Source: a virus
Lineage: Duplodnaviria > Caudoviricetes
Length of the DNA: 64,000 nucleotides
Reading direction: 5' to 3' (one strand)
IMG/VR virus record: IMGVR_UViG_3300031867_000020
Location: 43,885-107,884 of that record
The notes below the pieces were generated by a model that worked only from the letters and a program-made list of their open reading frames with translations, searched no databases and had not been told where the DNA came from. Shown here in pieces: positions 55,918-64,000 of this stretch (its first letter is position 1; every line of letters starts with the position of its first letter). The translations under genes and the position numbers were made by a program.

Positions 55918-56214
55918 TCAGTCGCCAAAGGAATAATCATTACCGCCAAAAGCGCTGGGAACAGAATAGCCTGTTCCGGCATCCGTGAAAATATCCTGAC
56001 CGCAGATCGGATCAGGAGCCGAGTATCCGTTGACATCTCCTGCGATATCCACACCGCCGAAAGGAGATTTGAAAGTGGAAATAGTCATGTTGTCGGATGT
56101 GTAAATATCCTCTCCGCCGAATGCGCTTTTGACAGAGTATGCCACGGCATTTCCGCTTTCATCAAAATAGTCAGAGCCTCCGAAAACGCTTGGAATACTA
56201 TAATAGTTGTTCAT
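55918..56214 (-). CDS. Small repeat protein (five SxxSxFGGxD repeats)
   Basis: SIPSVFGGSD, SVKSAFGGED, TFKSPFGGVD, SAPDPICGQD, SVPSAFGGND; SD GGAGG. Confidence 0.65.
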   Translation of the reverse strand: MNNYYSIPSVFGGSDYFDESGNAVAYSVKSAFGGEDIYTSDNMTISTFKSPFGGVDIAGDVNGYSAPDPICGQDIFTDAGTGYSVPSAFGGNDYSFGD

Positions 56215-56241
56215 TATATCCTCCGTTTTTCAAGGGAGCCG

Positions 56242-59200
56242 TCAGGCTGTTTGTTTGTATACTTCGTATTTCTTAACCCAGTATTCTTTCTCTCCGGGGA
56301 TTTCGATTCGTTTTCCGTTACGAAAGGTGAACCTCGGTCTCTTTTCACCATCCAGAAGTCGGATACAGCTGTCAATGCCAAACGGCTGCTTGGCAAAGGC
56401 GTCCTTGGAAAACCGAACAGTGCCAGTCGTGCCTCTTTGAACGCTGTAAAGTTTGATCCTGATGCCGAATTTATCATCGACATCCTGCACAAAATACATC
56501 GAAGAGGGCGCTTTCATGTATGTCGAGAAGCAAAGACCGATGTTATCATTTTCGGCTGTCAGCCGCTCGACGATCGGCATTTCGAAATCCTGAAGGGTTT
56601 GTTCATATTCCCGGAGCTTCTCGAGGCGCTCCGGGAAAGACTTGATGGTTTTGGTAAGCTTGTTTGAACCTTCGAAGAACTCGTGATAAACCTGCATCAG
56701 CTTGCCGGTTTGACCAAACCTTTTGAAATACCCTATAGATATAAGCACTTCTATCTGCCTTGTATTAAGAGACGTATTCATCTGAATAGCTCTCAACACA
56801 TTGGTGAAGCAGTCAAGTTTGGCTTTGTGAACGATCTCTTCCGCTTTGGATTCAAGATACTTATCGTCCAGATACAGAAGATCTTTTTCGTTCGACAGCG
56901 CGGATGCTTTCTCTCCGGCTTCAACGGAATCAATCAGCTTGTATTCCCAGTCGTATTCCACCTGCTTGATTTCCTGATTGATCCGCTTCAGTTCCGCTTT
57001 GCCTTCTTTGTTCAGCTTGGCTGGAACAATTTGTGTTCCCATCTCTGCTTCATCTGACAAGCCGAGCTCATACAGGTCTTCAGCAGCCTGCTTGGACATG
57101 AACTTCACAGCGGAAATAGACTGTGAAATAGTGTTGTTTTCCTTGTCCATCCGCCAGTCTCTGTTGTCCTGACCAAACTCACCATTGGTCATGAGAATGT
57201 GCCGGTAAGCCTTCATCTCCGTAATGATAGAGGCAAGCTTATCCTTGTTTTTCTTCTCGTCATACAGCTTCAGCATAGTCGTATAAAGCTCAAATGGATA
57301 ATGAACCTTCAGCCACGCGACATACAGAGAGTCGCAGGCCATGGATAAACTGTGAGCTGCGCAGAACATATAGCTTGCGGCATTTTCGATGATCGTCCAG
57401 ATCCTTTCAACTACATCGTTCGCCTTTTCTTCCGACGCGCCTTCTGTCTTTTGCAGATATTTCGCAAAGCCTTCACGGAACCGTTCCTTATAAGCCATAA
57501 CTTTCTCATGCTTTTTCTTCTTTATTGCTTTCGTGCAGGCGTAAGCATCAGGCCCAGGAATGCCTGCGGCTTTGAGGATCTGAAGGATCTGTTCATCATA
57601 CATCAGGAAAGAATCCGGAATAGCTTTTGTCTGAAGCAGCTTATCCAAAGAAGGAATACCATATTCAAAATGCTGCCTTGTGATAAAAGTGTTCAGCATG
57701 GACTTAAAGCCGGGACGGATAGCTGCCACAAAAGCACCGAGCTCTTCGATGCTTTTCGGCTTATACTGCATGCATCTCTGGGCAGACTTGGGCTGTTCAC
57801 ACTGGTTCAGTCCCTGCGTGAAACCCTTCCAGTACAGATCCCATACCTGCTCATCGTTCTTTACCGCTTCAAGCAACTCATCCACAGTCATGATCTCAAG
57901 ACCGGCCGCATGGAAAGCTTCGGAGATGATCTTGACCACATCTACCCGGAGAAAGTCGGCCTTCACATAATTTTGAGCATCGGCAGTACGCCCGTCGATA
58001 TAAGCAGCGTAAACGGGCTCTTTTGATCCGGCCTTGGACTTGACACGGATCACGCCAATTTCCCTGCGGAGATCCTTATCTAAGAGAATATGAGCGCACG
58101 GATGAGGAGATATGCTCGTAATAATACCATTGTACTGTTTCGAGTCTTCGATCAAAGGAAGATACTGAGCTTCAATATAATTCTCGATCTTTACATCATC
58201 AGTGACATCATAGTCCGGATCATCCGCATTGTTTTCCAGCGCATGTTTGACATCCAGCTCATAGTTTGATATCTGCTTGGAGACTTCATTCGCGGTTTCA
58301 AAATCCAGATCTCTTGCTCTGGCAAGAAGCTTAAACGCAGACAGTGTTTTCAGCGTACCGAAAGCGATCATCGGCAGACATCCGTACTCTCCGAGAATTT
58401 CCTTTCCTGCCTTCTCGAAAGCTGGAACGTTAGCCATGTTTAAATCCAAATCGGGTAGGCCATTGGCCAACCTGTCAGCTGAAATAAACCGCTCAGGATA
58501 CATCTTGATAGGGGAATGAAGCCTATTAATGGACGAGAAACCCAAAGCATAGTTGGTGCAGAAGGAAGCACCCGAACCTCTGCCGGTCATCGTCAGCACG
58601 CCGCCATATTCTTTGCCTTTGTCGACAATGTCTTTCAGTGCAAGGAAATAATCGGCTGTGTCGGTGTTGGCGATGGTGTCCATTTCTTCATGAATTTGTT
58701 TCGCTTCATCGTCATTTGGCATTCCCGCTTTGTCTATATAGCTGTAACAGCAGAGCTTTTTGTACATATGGTTACGCTGAGCAAGAGACAATTCGGGATG
58801 TGTGACGGGAATTTTCTTATCATTGGTGAAATGAACGCCTTCAAACTCCCGCAGTTGAAGCGTGTTTTCCATCGCTTCTTCAATTCTTGCTTTACTCAGC
58901 ACGCCTTGCTGAAACAGCAGCTGATAAGCTTCCTGTGCGGTAGGAAGGTGCAGACAGAACTCATCCTCATTTCCATAGGTAATCTTGGCGGAGAGAAGCA
59001 GTTCTTTTCTTAAAGCCGCGTCTTCCTTGTTGACGTAATGCGAATCTGTCCCATAGATCAGAGGCCAGTGGTACTTCTGATAAAGCCTCAGAACCTTCAT
59101 GTTGGTTTCGCATTGAATCTGCTGAGGATGATGCTGCACTTCGAGATAGAAATTTTCCTTGAAGATCTCATGCAGTTGCAAGGCAAGCCTTTCAGCCTCC

Positions 59201-59667
59201 GGATCCTTCATAATACCGCCAACACAGGCTGTTGTGCAAAGAAAGTTTTTGTAATTGAGCCTTGAAAGAATATCCAGATCGACCCTGGCATAACGATAGA
59301 AGCCTGTCAGATTCGCTTCGGAGATGGCCTCGTTGAGATCGTGGAAACCTTCCATGTTTTTGGCTACCAGAATCAAATGGAAGTGCCTGTCGTCCTTCTT
59401 GCTGTCTATTTCTTTCAGTCTGTCCGGTACGAAATACACTTCAGCCGCCGCAAGCGGCGTCATGGTAAAGGTATCGTCCGAATACTTCTTTGCAAGATCA
59501 AATTGCTCCCAAACATTGGAACGATTTCCATGTTCAGACAGGCACAACACATGATGCCCTCTTTCTTTGAAGACTTTTGCATAATCTTCAATGAACATAG
59601 TGGAATCCGGTTGGGTAAGACAGTTTGAATAACACGAATGCACATGATAAGGTTCGAACTCAATCAA
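56242..59667 (-). CDS. dnaE: DNA polymerase III alpha subunit (family C)
   Basis: PHP domain (HVHS, EHG, HLIL, TDSHY), GRGSG, ERFIS..R...LPDLDL, HPCA, KADFL, FCAAHS. Confidence 0.95.
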   Translation of the reverse strand: MIEFEPYHVHSCYSNCLTQPDSTMFIEDYAKVFKERGHHVLCLSEHGNRSNVWEQFDLAKKYSDDTFTMTPLAAAEVYFVPDRLKEIDSKKDDRHFHLILVAKNMEGFHDLNEAISEANLTGFYRYARVDLDILSRLNYKNFLCTTACVGGIMKDPEAERLALQLHEIFKENFYLEVQHHPQQIQCETNMKVLRLYQKYHWPLIYGTDSHYVNKEDAALRKELLLSAKITYGNEDEFCLHLPTAQEAYQLLFQQGVLSKARIEEAMENTLQLREFEGVHFTNDKKIPVTHPELSLAQRNHMYKKLCCYSYIDKAGMPNDDEAKQIHEEMDTIANTDTADYFLALKDIVDKGKEYGGVLTMTGRGSGASFCTNYALGFSSINRLHSPIKMYPERFISADRLANGLPDLDLNMANVPAFEKAGKEILGEYGCLPMIAFGTLKTLSAFKLLARARDLDFETANEVSKQISNYELDVKHALENNADDPDYDVTDDVKIENYIEAQYLPLIEDSKQYNGIITSISPHPCAHILLDKDLRREIGVIRVKSKAGSKEPVYAAYIDGRTADAQNYVKADFLRVDVVKIISEAFHAAGLEIMTVDELLEAVKNDEQVWDLYWKGFTQGLNQCEQPKSAQRCMQYKPKSIEELGAFVAAIRPGFKSMLNTFITRQHFEYGIPSLDKLLQTKAIPDSFLMYDEQILQILKAAGIPGPDAYACTKAIKKKKHEKVMAYKERFREGFAKYLQKTEGASEEKANDVVERIWTIIENAASYMFCAAHSLSMACDSLYVAWLKVHYPFELYTTMLKLYDEKKNKDKLASIITEMKAYRHILMTNGEFGQDNRDWRMDKENNTISQSISAVKFMSKQAAEDLYELGLSDEAEMGTQIVPAKLNKEGKAELKRINQEIKQVEYDWEYKLIDSVEAGEKASALSNEKDLLYLDDKYLESKAEEIVHKAKLDCFTNVLRAIQMNTSLNTRQIEVLISIGYFKRFGQTGKLMQVYHEFFEGSNKLTKTIKSFPERLEKLREYEQTLQDFEMPIVERLTAENDNIGLCFSTYMKAPSSMYFVQDVDDKFGIRIKLYSVQRGTTGTVRFSKDAFAKQPFGIDSCIRLLDGEKRPRFTFRNGKRIEIPGEKEYWVKKYEVYKQTA

Positions 59668-59682
59668 TACAGCTCACCTCCT

Positions 59683-60450
59683 TTATTTGGTCTGAAAACA
59701 TTCCTGCCGAACAGAGCACAGGTTGTCACAGAAGAAGTCATGCTCCTTGGTCTGCATCCAATCAAGGATGGTATTGTCCTCAATATGTCGGATGCAGTCC
59801 ATAGCCCAGAGCATTGTCTGATCATACTGTTCTTTTGAAAACGGTTTTTCCCGCTTGACGTTTTCATTGAACAGGTTGAACATCAGACGATCTGGCCATT
59901 GATGATATTTTTCAAAAATAAAAAGAGAGTACATGAGCTGCTGCCGATACATACTCTCTTCGCTTTTCCTGAACGAAGCAAGAGATTTTGATTTGTGATC
60001 GCAGATAATGAGTTCGTTTGTTTTCTTATCTTTCAGCACTAAGTCAACGATGCCAACGAAACCTCTTTCGGTTTCGTCCGGCATCGGAAGGGTGGTTGTG
60101 AATTTTTCCTCTGCGGAAAGAACCTCAAAGCCTTCGAACTCATCGAACTCTTCAAGATATTTGAGACCTTGTTGATAGGCTTTTTCGGTATAACCCTTGG
60201 AAGTGAGCATTCTCGGAAACGCTGTGACAACGGCGTCAGCGTATCTCTGTTGATACGCTTCCGCCATATTAGCCTTGGTAAGAAGTCCCTTTGCCCACTC
60301 GTCAAGGATCTCATGAATCAGCGTCCCCTTTTCCGCGAACCCGTTGGAAACCGTCGGAACCTTTTCAATCCTTTCGAGATAGAATCCAAACGGACACTCA
60401 GAAAAAGAGGACAGCTGACTGTAAGAATAGATATGTGTCTGATCGATCAT
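59683..60450 (-). CDS. PD-(D/E)XK exonuclease, AddB/Cas4-like with Fe-S cysteines
   Basis: SYSQL..F.ECP, GTLIH, GIVDL...DHKS, Q.LMY, C...C.....C. Confidence 0.85.
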   Translation of the reverse strand: MIDQTHIYSYSQLSSFSECPFGFYLERIEKVPTVSNGFAEKGTLIHEILDEWAKGLLTKANMAEAYQQRYADAVVTAFPRMLTSKGYTEKAYQQGLKYLEEFDEFEGFEVLSAEEKFTTTLPMPDETERGFVGIVDLVLKDKKTNELIICDHKSKSLASFRKSEESMYRQQLMYSLFIFEKYHQWPDRLMFNLFNENVKREKPFSKEQYDQTMLWAMDCIRHIEDNTILDWMQTKEHDFFCDNLCSVRQECFQTK

Positions 60451-60468
60451 ACTGATGACCGCCTTTGT

Positions 60469-62337
60469 TTAGAATGGGTTGCGATCCGACTGCGCATCAC
60501 GAAGCTGGAATTCGGGGAGCTGATCGGCTCGCGCTTCCGGCTCTTTGATGCCGGTATGATCCCAGCCATACACCACGCGGTCGCCAACGTCTTCCTGGAA
60601 GATCCGTCTGTTGACAGGATCATAATTGCACACGATGTAACCGGTGTCGCCGAAGTCTCTGTTCTTTGTGACACGGATATCCGGCTTCTCGATAGAGAAC
60701 ACACTGTCGGCAAGATTGGTGATCACGCTGGAGCCGCTGACGGAATCAGAAGTGAAGGTCTGATCTGCCTTTTCTTTCCTGGGATGCGCGATCACGATCA
60801 CATGCACCTTATACTTTGCGGCAAACGCCTTAACCTTCGCCATGAACTTTGCCTGAGCGCGGTTCTCTTCATCCGCTGTTGTGAGAAGAGACATGATGTT
60901 ATCGATCACAAACAGCTTGCAGTCGTACCGTCTGGCGCACATTTCGAAACAGGAAAGAACAGCGGTCTGCTGATCCTCTTCGAAAATATAGCTGTTGTCG
61001 AAAAGAAAGAGCTTACCGGCAAGCCAGTCGCGAATGCGCTGCTGGATCTCTTCCGGAACCTTGCAGATATTCTTTCCGGAACGAGGATCCGTCACATAAG
61101 TGATGTAACGGCTTTCCGTAGCAGGAAGGAACGTCCAGTCCAGGAACTTATAAGAAGAGAGCTCACCGGAATAAGCGCAGACCTTGTAGTCCTGCTGGAT
61201 AGCCTGAAGAATAAACCTGGCCGTGATCGTGGACTTGCCTTCACCACGCTTGCCGGAGATAATCGTCACGCCACCTTCGCCGAAACCGCCGATCATGTTA
61301 TCCAGCTTCGGAATGCCAGTCATAATGCGGGGCGTTTTGGTAGGATCCTCATAGGGGATGGAAGCAACTTCCAGAATACCCTTAATCGGAGCGGGCTCAC
61401 AGGACTCAACAATCTCTTTCAGGTTTTCCGGGCCGTAGCAGATAAGAATTTCGTTGGCATCCTTGCACTGACGATTATAATCCTTGTCATTATAAATCAG
61501 TTCAGGATAATCCTTCGGAATCATGCAACGGTCTTCGCCAAGCCTGCGCTTAAGCGTGGAGATCATTTTGAGACCCGGCTCGTCGTTGTCGCCAAAGAGA
61601 ATGATCTCATTGAACTTTTCCAGCCAAGACCAGCAATTCTCACACCAGGTGAGATCTTCGCAGCCGCTGGGAACGGAAACGACGTTGGTCACGCCAGCTT
61701 CGTACAGAGACATCGCATCGATTTCACCTTCAGTGATCACCAGAGGACGGTTGAAGGACACCATGTCCATACCAAACAGGATGGGTTCTGTGTTGCTCAT
61801 CCGCCATTCCTTGGGTTTGCTACTTTCCTTGGTGTACTTCTGAGGAATACGATACTTCACAAAAGTCAGTTCGTTGTCGCGATAGAACGGGAACACAATG
61901 TTCCCGTCCTTATCGGACAGAATGCCGAAATCCTTGATGGTCTGCTCGGAAATGTGCCGACCAACAAGATAAGCGAGAATTTCCTCCGTGTACGGCTTGA
62001 ATTCATTGGGGTTTGGTTTGACGTATTTCTTCGCCTTCGAAGCAAACTGAATGTTTCTGGGAAGATCCTGGAATTTAAACTCGGTTGATCCAAAGTAGTT
62101 GGCGAGCGCACGGAAGTCGCCCTCTCTGACCTTCCCATCTCCGTTGATACCGGGACAGCTTCCACGGCGGCAGTTCCAGGCTCCGTTATACAGACCGATA
62201 GCAAAGCTTTCATAGTCCTGATGATCTCCGCCCTTGCAGAAAGGGCAAAGCTTCGGGACGATTTGACCATTGCGAACCTTATAGTCTCCAAGATATTTGG
62301 TAGCCAGTTCAACTACCGCCGAAGAAATCTGTTCCAT
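60469..62337 (-). CDS. Primase-helicase (T7 gp4/Twinkle-like)
   Basis: Zn finger CPFC..C...C; TOPRIM ITEGEIDAMS and DNDEPG; Walker A GKRGEGKST; VIAHPRK. Confidence 0.93.
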   Translation of the reverse strand: MEQISSAVVELATKYLGDYKVRNGQIVPKLCPFCKGGDHQDYESFAIGLYNGAWNCRRGSCPGINGDGKVREGDFRALANYFGSTEFKFQDLPRNIQFASKAKKYVKPNPNEFKPYTEEILAYLVGRHISEQTIKDFGILSDKDGNIVFPFYRDNELTFVKYRIPQKYTKESSKPKEWRMSNTEPILFGMDMVSFNRPLVITEGEIDAMSLYEAGVTNVVSVPSGCEDLTWCENCWSWLEKFNEIILFGDNDEPGLKMISTLKRRLGEDRCMIPKDYPELIYNDKDYNRQCKDANEILICYGPENLKEIVESCEPAPIKGILEVASIPYEDPTKTPRIMTGIPKLDNMIGGFGEGGVTIISGKRGEGKSTITARFILQAIQQDYKVCAYSGELSSYKFLDWTFLPATESRYITYVTDPRSGKNICKVPEEIQQRIRDWLAGKLFLFDNSYIFEEDQQTAVLSCFEMCARRYDCKLFVIDNIMSLLTTADEENRAQAKFMAKVKAFAAKYKVHVIVIAHPRKEKADQTFTSDSVSGSSVITNLADSVFSIEKPDIRVTKNRDFGDTGYIVCNYDPVNRRIFQEDVGDRVVYGWDHTGIKEPEARADQLPEFQLRDAQSDRNPF

Positions 62338-62355
62338 TATTTACTCCTTTATTTT

Positions 62356-62745
62356 TCAGAACGGAATGTAAGATCCGTTCGATTCTTGGCTATTATTATT
62401 CTTATTCTTGTTTCCGTCGCTCTTGCGATCAAGAAGCTGTGTGCTGTAGGAGCTGACACGAAGAGTGGGGTGCTTGACGCCTTCGCGATCCGTGTATTCG
62501 TCAAGCTTCAGGCTGCCAACGACCATGACGCGGCTGAGCTTCTTCAGACCATTCTGAATCAGAATATCACCGGCACGACCCCAGACGGACACATCATAGA
62601 AATCAGATTCAAAATACTTGGAATCTTCCTTCTTCTTATCCGTCTGAACGGCAACGCGGAAGTTTGTCACAGAATTGTTATTAACTTGACGGGTCACAGG
62701 ATCGGCAACGAGAGTACCCGGAAAAGAAACAGTAGCGCTATTCAT
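62356..62745 (-). CDS. ssb: Single-stranded DNA-binding protein
   Basis: G.LVADP..R, NFRVAV, FYDVSVWG, Y.DREG, C-terminal IPF. Confidence 0.9.
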   Translation of the reverse strand: MNSATVSFPGTLVADPVTRQVNNNSVTNFRVAVQTDKKKEDSKYFESDFYDVSVWGRAGDILIQNGLKKLSRVMVVGSLKLDEYTDREGVKHPTLRVSSYSTQLLDRKSDGNKNKNNNSQESNGSYIPF

Positions 62746-62758
62746 GTGTTATTCTCCT

Positions 62759-63436
62759 TTACGCAACAAGCTTGTTATAAAGTTCGTTCAGTGCATTGAT
62801 ATCCTTGCACTCATTGTAATTCATGGTATTGATGACAGGCTCGATGAATTTCTTACCGAATTCGATCTTCGCGTCTCTGTCCATGTCTTTAGTCATCTTC
62901 TTAACCTGTGCATCAACCTTCTTGATGACCTTTGCGAGATCTTCCTTGTTACCGGAAGGCCCGTCGGCAGAAATGTTATCGCTGGTATACTTGGTTCTGT
63001 CGTTCTGATAATAGATATCAGCGGAGAAACCAAGCGCCTTGCAGGCAATGGACAGAGCGTCCGTATAGGCCATCTTGTACGCTTCATCCGAGCACTGAGG
63101 GCCATTTTTGCGCTGGGAAACGAAGCTGTTTCCACCCACACCGAAGACAGGCTTGGAGACCTCGCCCGTATCCGGATTCACATAAACCAGTTCCAACGTG
63201 CACATGATCATGTCCTCGTTGGTCTGATCAGAATGAAGCCGTTCGAACTGAACGTTCTGCGTCCACCAGCCCACACCGGAGGGGCCGAAGATTTCGGTAA
63301 GCTTCTTGATACGCCACATCGGATTGATATCCGTGCCGGAGAAGCGACCGTTATTAAACGACTTCTGCGCTTCAATCGGCGTTGTGGACACCTGCGTGTA
63401 AATTTTCATTGTTTCAGGAGTCTTTTGTCCTGCCAT
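62759..63436 (-). CDS. Rad52/Sak-like single-strand annealing protein
   Basis: INPMWRIKKLTEIFGP.G.GW...GVGG...DEAYKMAYTDAL..A.KALG..ADIY. Confidence 0.8.
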   Translation of the reverse strand: MAGQKTPETMKIYTQVSTTPIEAQKSFNNGRFSGTDINPMWRIKKLTEIFGPSGVGWWTQNVQFERLHSDQTNEDMIMCTLELVYVNPDTGEVSKPVFGVGGNSFVSQRKNGPQCSDEAYKMAYTDALSIACKALGFSADIYYQNDRTKYTSDNISADGPSGNKEDLAKVIKKVDAQVKKMTKDMDRDAKIEFGKKFIEPVINTMNYNECKDINALNELYNKLVA

Positions 63437-63470
63437 TCTTTATTTCCTCATTTCCTTTTTCTATAAATAT

Positions 63471-63950
63471 CTACGGCAGTTTTGCTTTCACGCTGGATGT
63501 TTTCAGCTCATCAAACTGCGGCTCGTTAGCAAGGATTCTGTTGAGCATTATATTCTGCTCTTTGTTCCGTTTCATTTGCTGCCAGCCGCGATGAGCAAAA
63601 TCAAACCACCAACGGAATTCCGGAACACGCTTGATCCAGACTACGCTGCCAGTCTCTCTGCCATATGCGTCGCATTCAAACCAGCACAAACCACCTCTCG
63701 GATGATAGTGAACCATGTTTTTGTCTACGGTCTGGTAAGACGACATGAATTCAATCATATCATCATGCCCGTAGAGCTCGGTCACAAGCAGTCTCGGACG
63801 CTTCGACGAAGGCACACCCGATGTCTGATTGACCACCACAAGGTTTGAATGCCTGGTACTTGTTGTAAAGCTTTTGCAAAGCACATAGGAAGGATAAAAA
63901 TTCCCTTCGGCAATATCATCCTTCAACACAATCGCAAGAAAATAATACAT
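63471..63950 (-). CDS. Hypothetical protein
   Basis: SD AGGAG; 159-aa ORF co-oriented with the replication genes. Confidence 0.55.
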   Translation of the reverse strand: MYYFLAIVLKDDIAEGNFYPSYVLCKSFTTSTRHSNLVVVNQTSGVPSSKRPRLLVTELYGHDDMIEFMSSYQTVDKNMVHYHPRGGLCWFECDAYGRETGSVVWIKRVPEFRWWFDFAHRGWQQMKRNKEQNIMLNRILANEPQFDELKTSSVKAKLP

Positions 63951-64000
63951 GCTATTCTCCTCTCATCTTTCTTAAAAATGCTTTCACTTTTTCTTGCTGT

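Noticed and set aside
59683-60450. Cas4 as part of a CRISPR-Cas system
   Set aside because: No other cas genes or array; its position near Sak, SSB and primase fits a recombination exonuclease.
60169-62088. 639-aa antisense ORF opposite the primase-helicase
   Set aside because: Same shadow-ORF effect; no recognisable motifs or SD.
1-64000. Genome-wide stop-codon recoding (TAG to Gln)
   Set aside because: All large genes are intact in code 11. TAG serves as a plausible stop at 36581 (family-typical GKNYL end, overlapping the next SD) and at 38304. Only one internal TAG was seen, and no suppressor tRNA.

Overview
This window is 64 kb of a large temperate tailed phage (siphovirus-like), probably infecting an anaerobic Bacillota/Clostridia host; the host is an inference from Shine-Dalgarno style, gene families and a RemA homologue. 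No host DNA is evident. The + strand (1-33576) carries a tail module: a giant tape measure gene open from base 3 (>4170 aa), Dit, a Tal-like hub, several fibre/Ig-like genes and a mosaic array of adhesin-like cassettes. A lysis cassette follows. A bidirectional terminator, an attP-like site (3' half of tRNA-Thr(GGU) plus arm repeats) and a tyrosine integrase separate this from the - strand arm (33973-63950). That arm holds small accessory genes, an RNA ligase, nucleotide metabolism genes (ThyX-like, dUTPase, an FTR-like Fe-S protein, a redoxin, NrdG, and NrdD split by a group I intron with an HNH endonuclease), ClpP, PhoH, a RuvC-like resolvase, tRNA-Leu(UAA), a RemA-like protein, and replication/recombination genes (DnaE, Cas4/AddB-like nuclease, primase-helicase, SSB, Sak/Rad52). 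Best candidates for new biology: (i) a RemA homologue lacking the DNA-binding arginines and carrying an acidic tail; (ii) an apparently complete phage-encoded FTR-redoxin-NrdD electron chain; (iii) tail proteins that appear to be chained by donor-strand complementation; (iv) swappable LRR adhesin cassettes. All family calls come from motif recognition by eye; no database searches were run.
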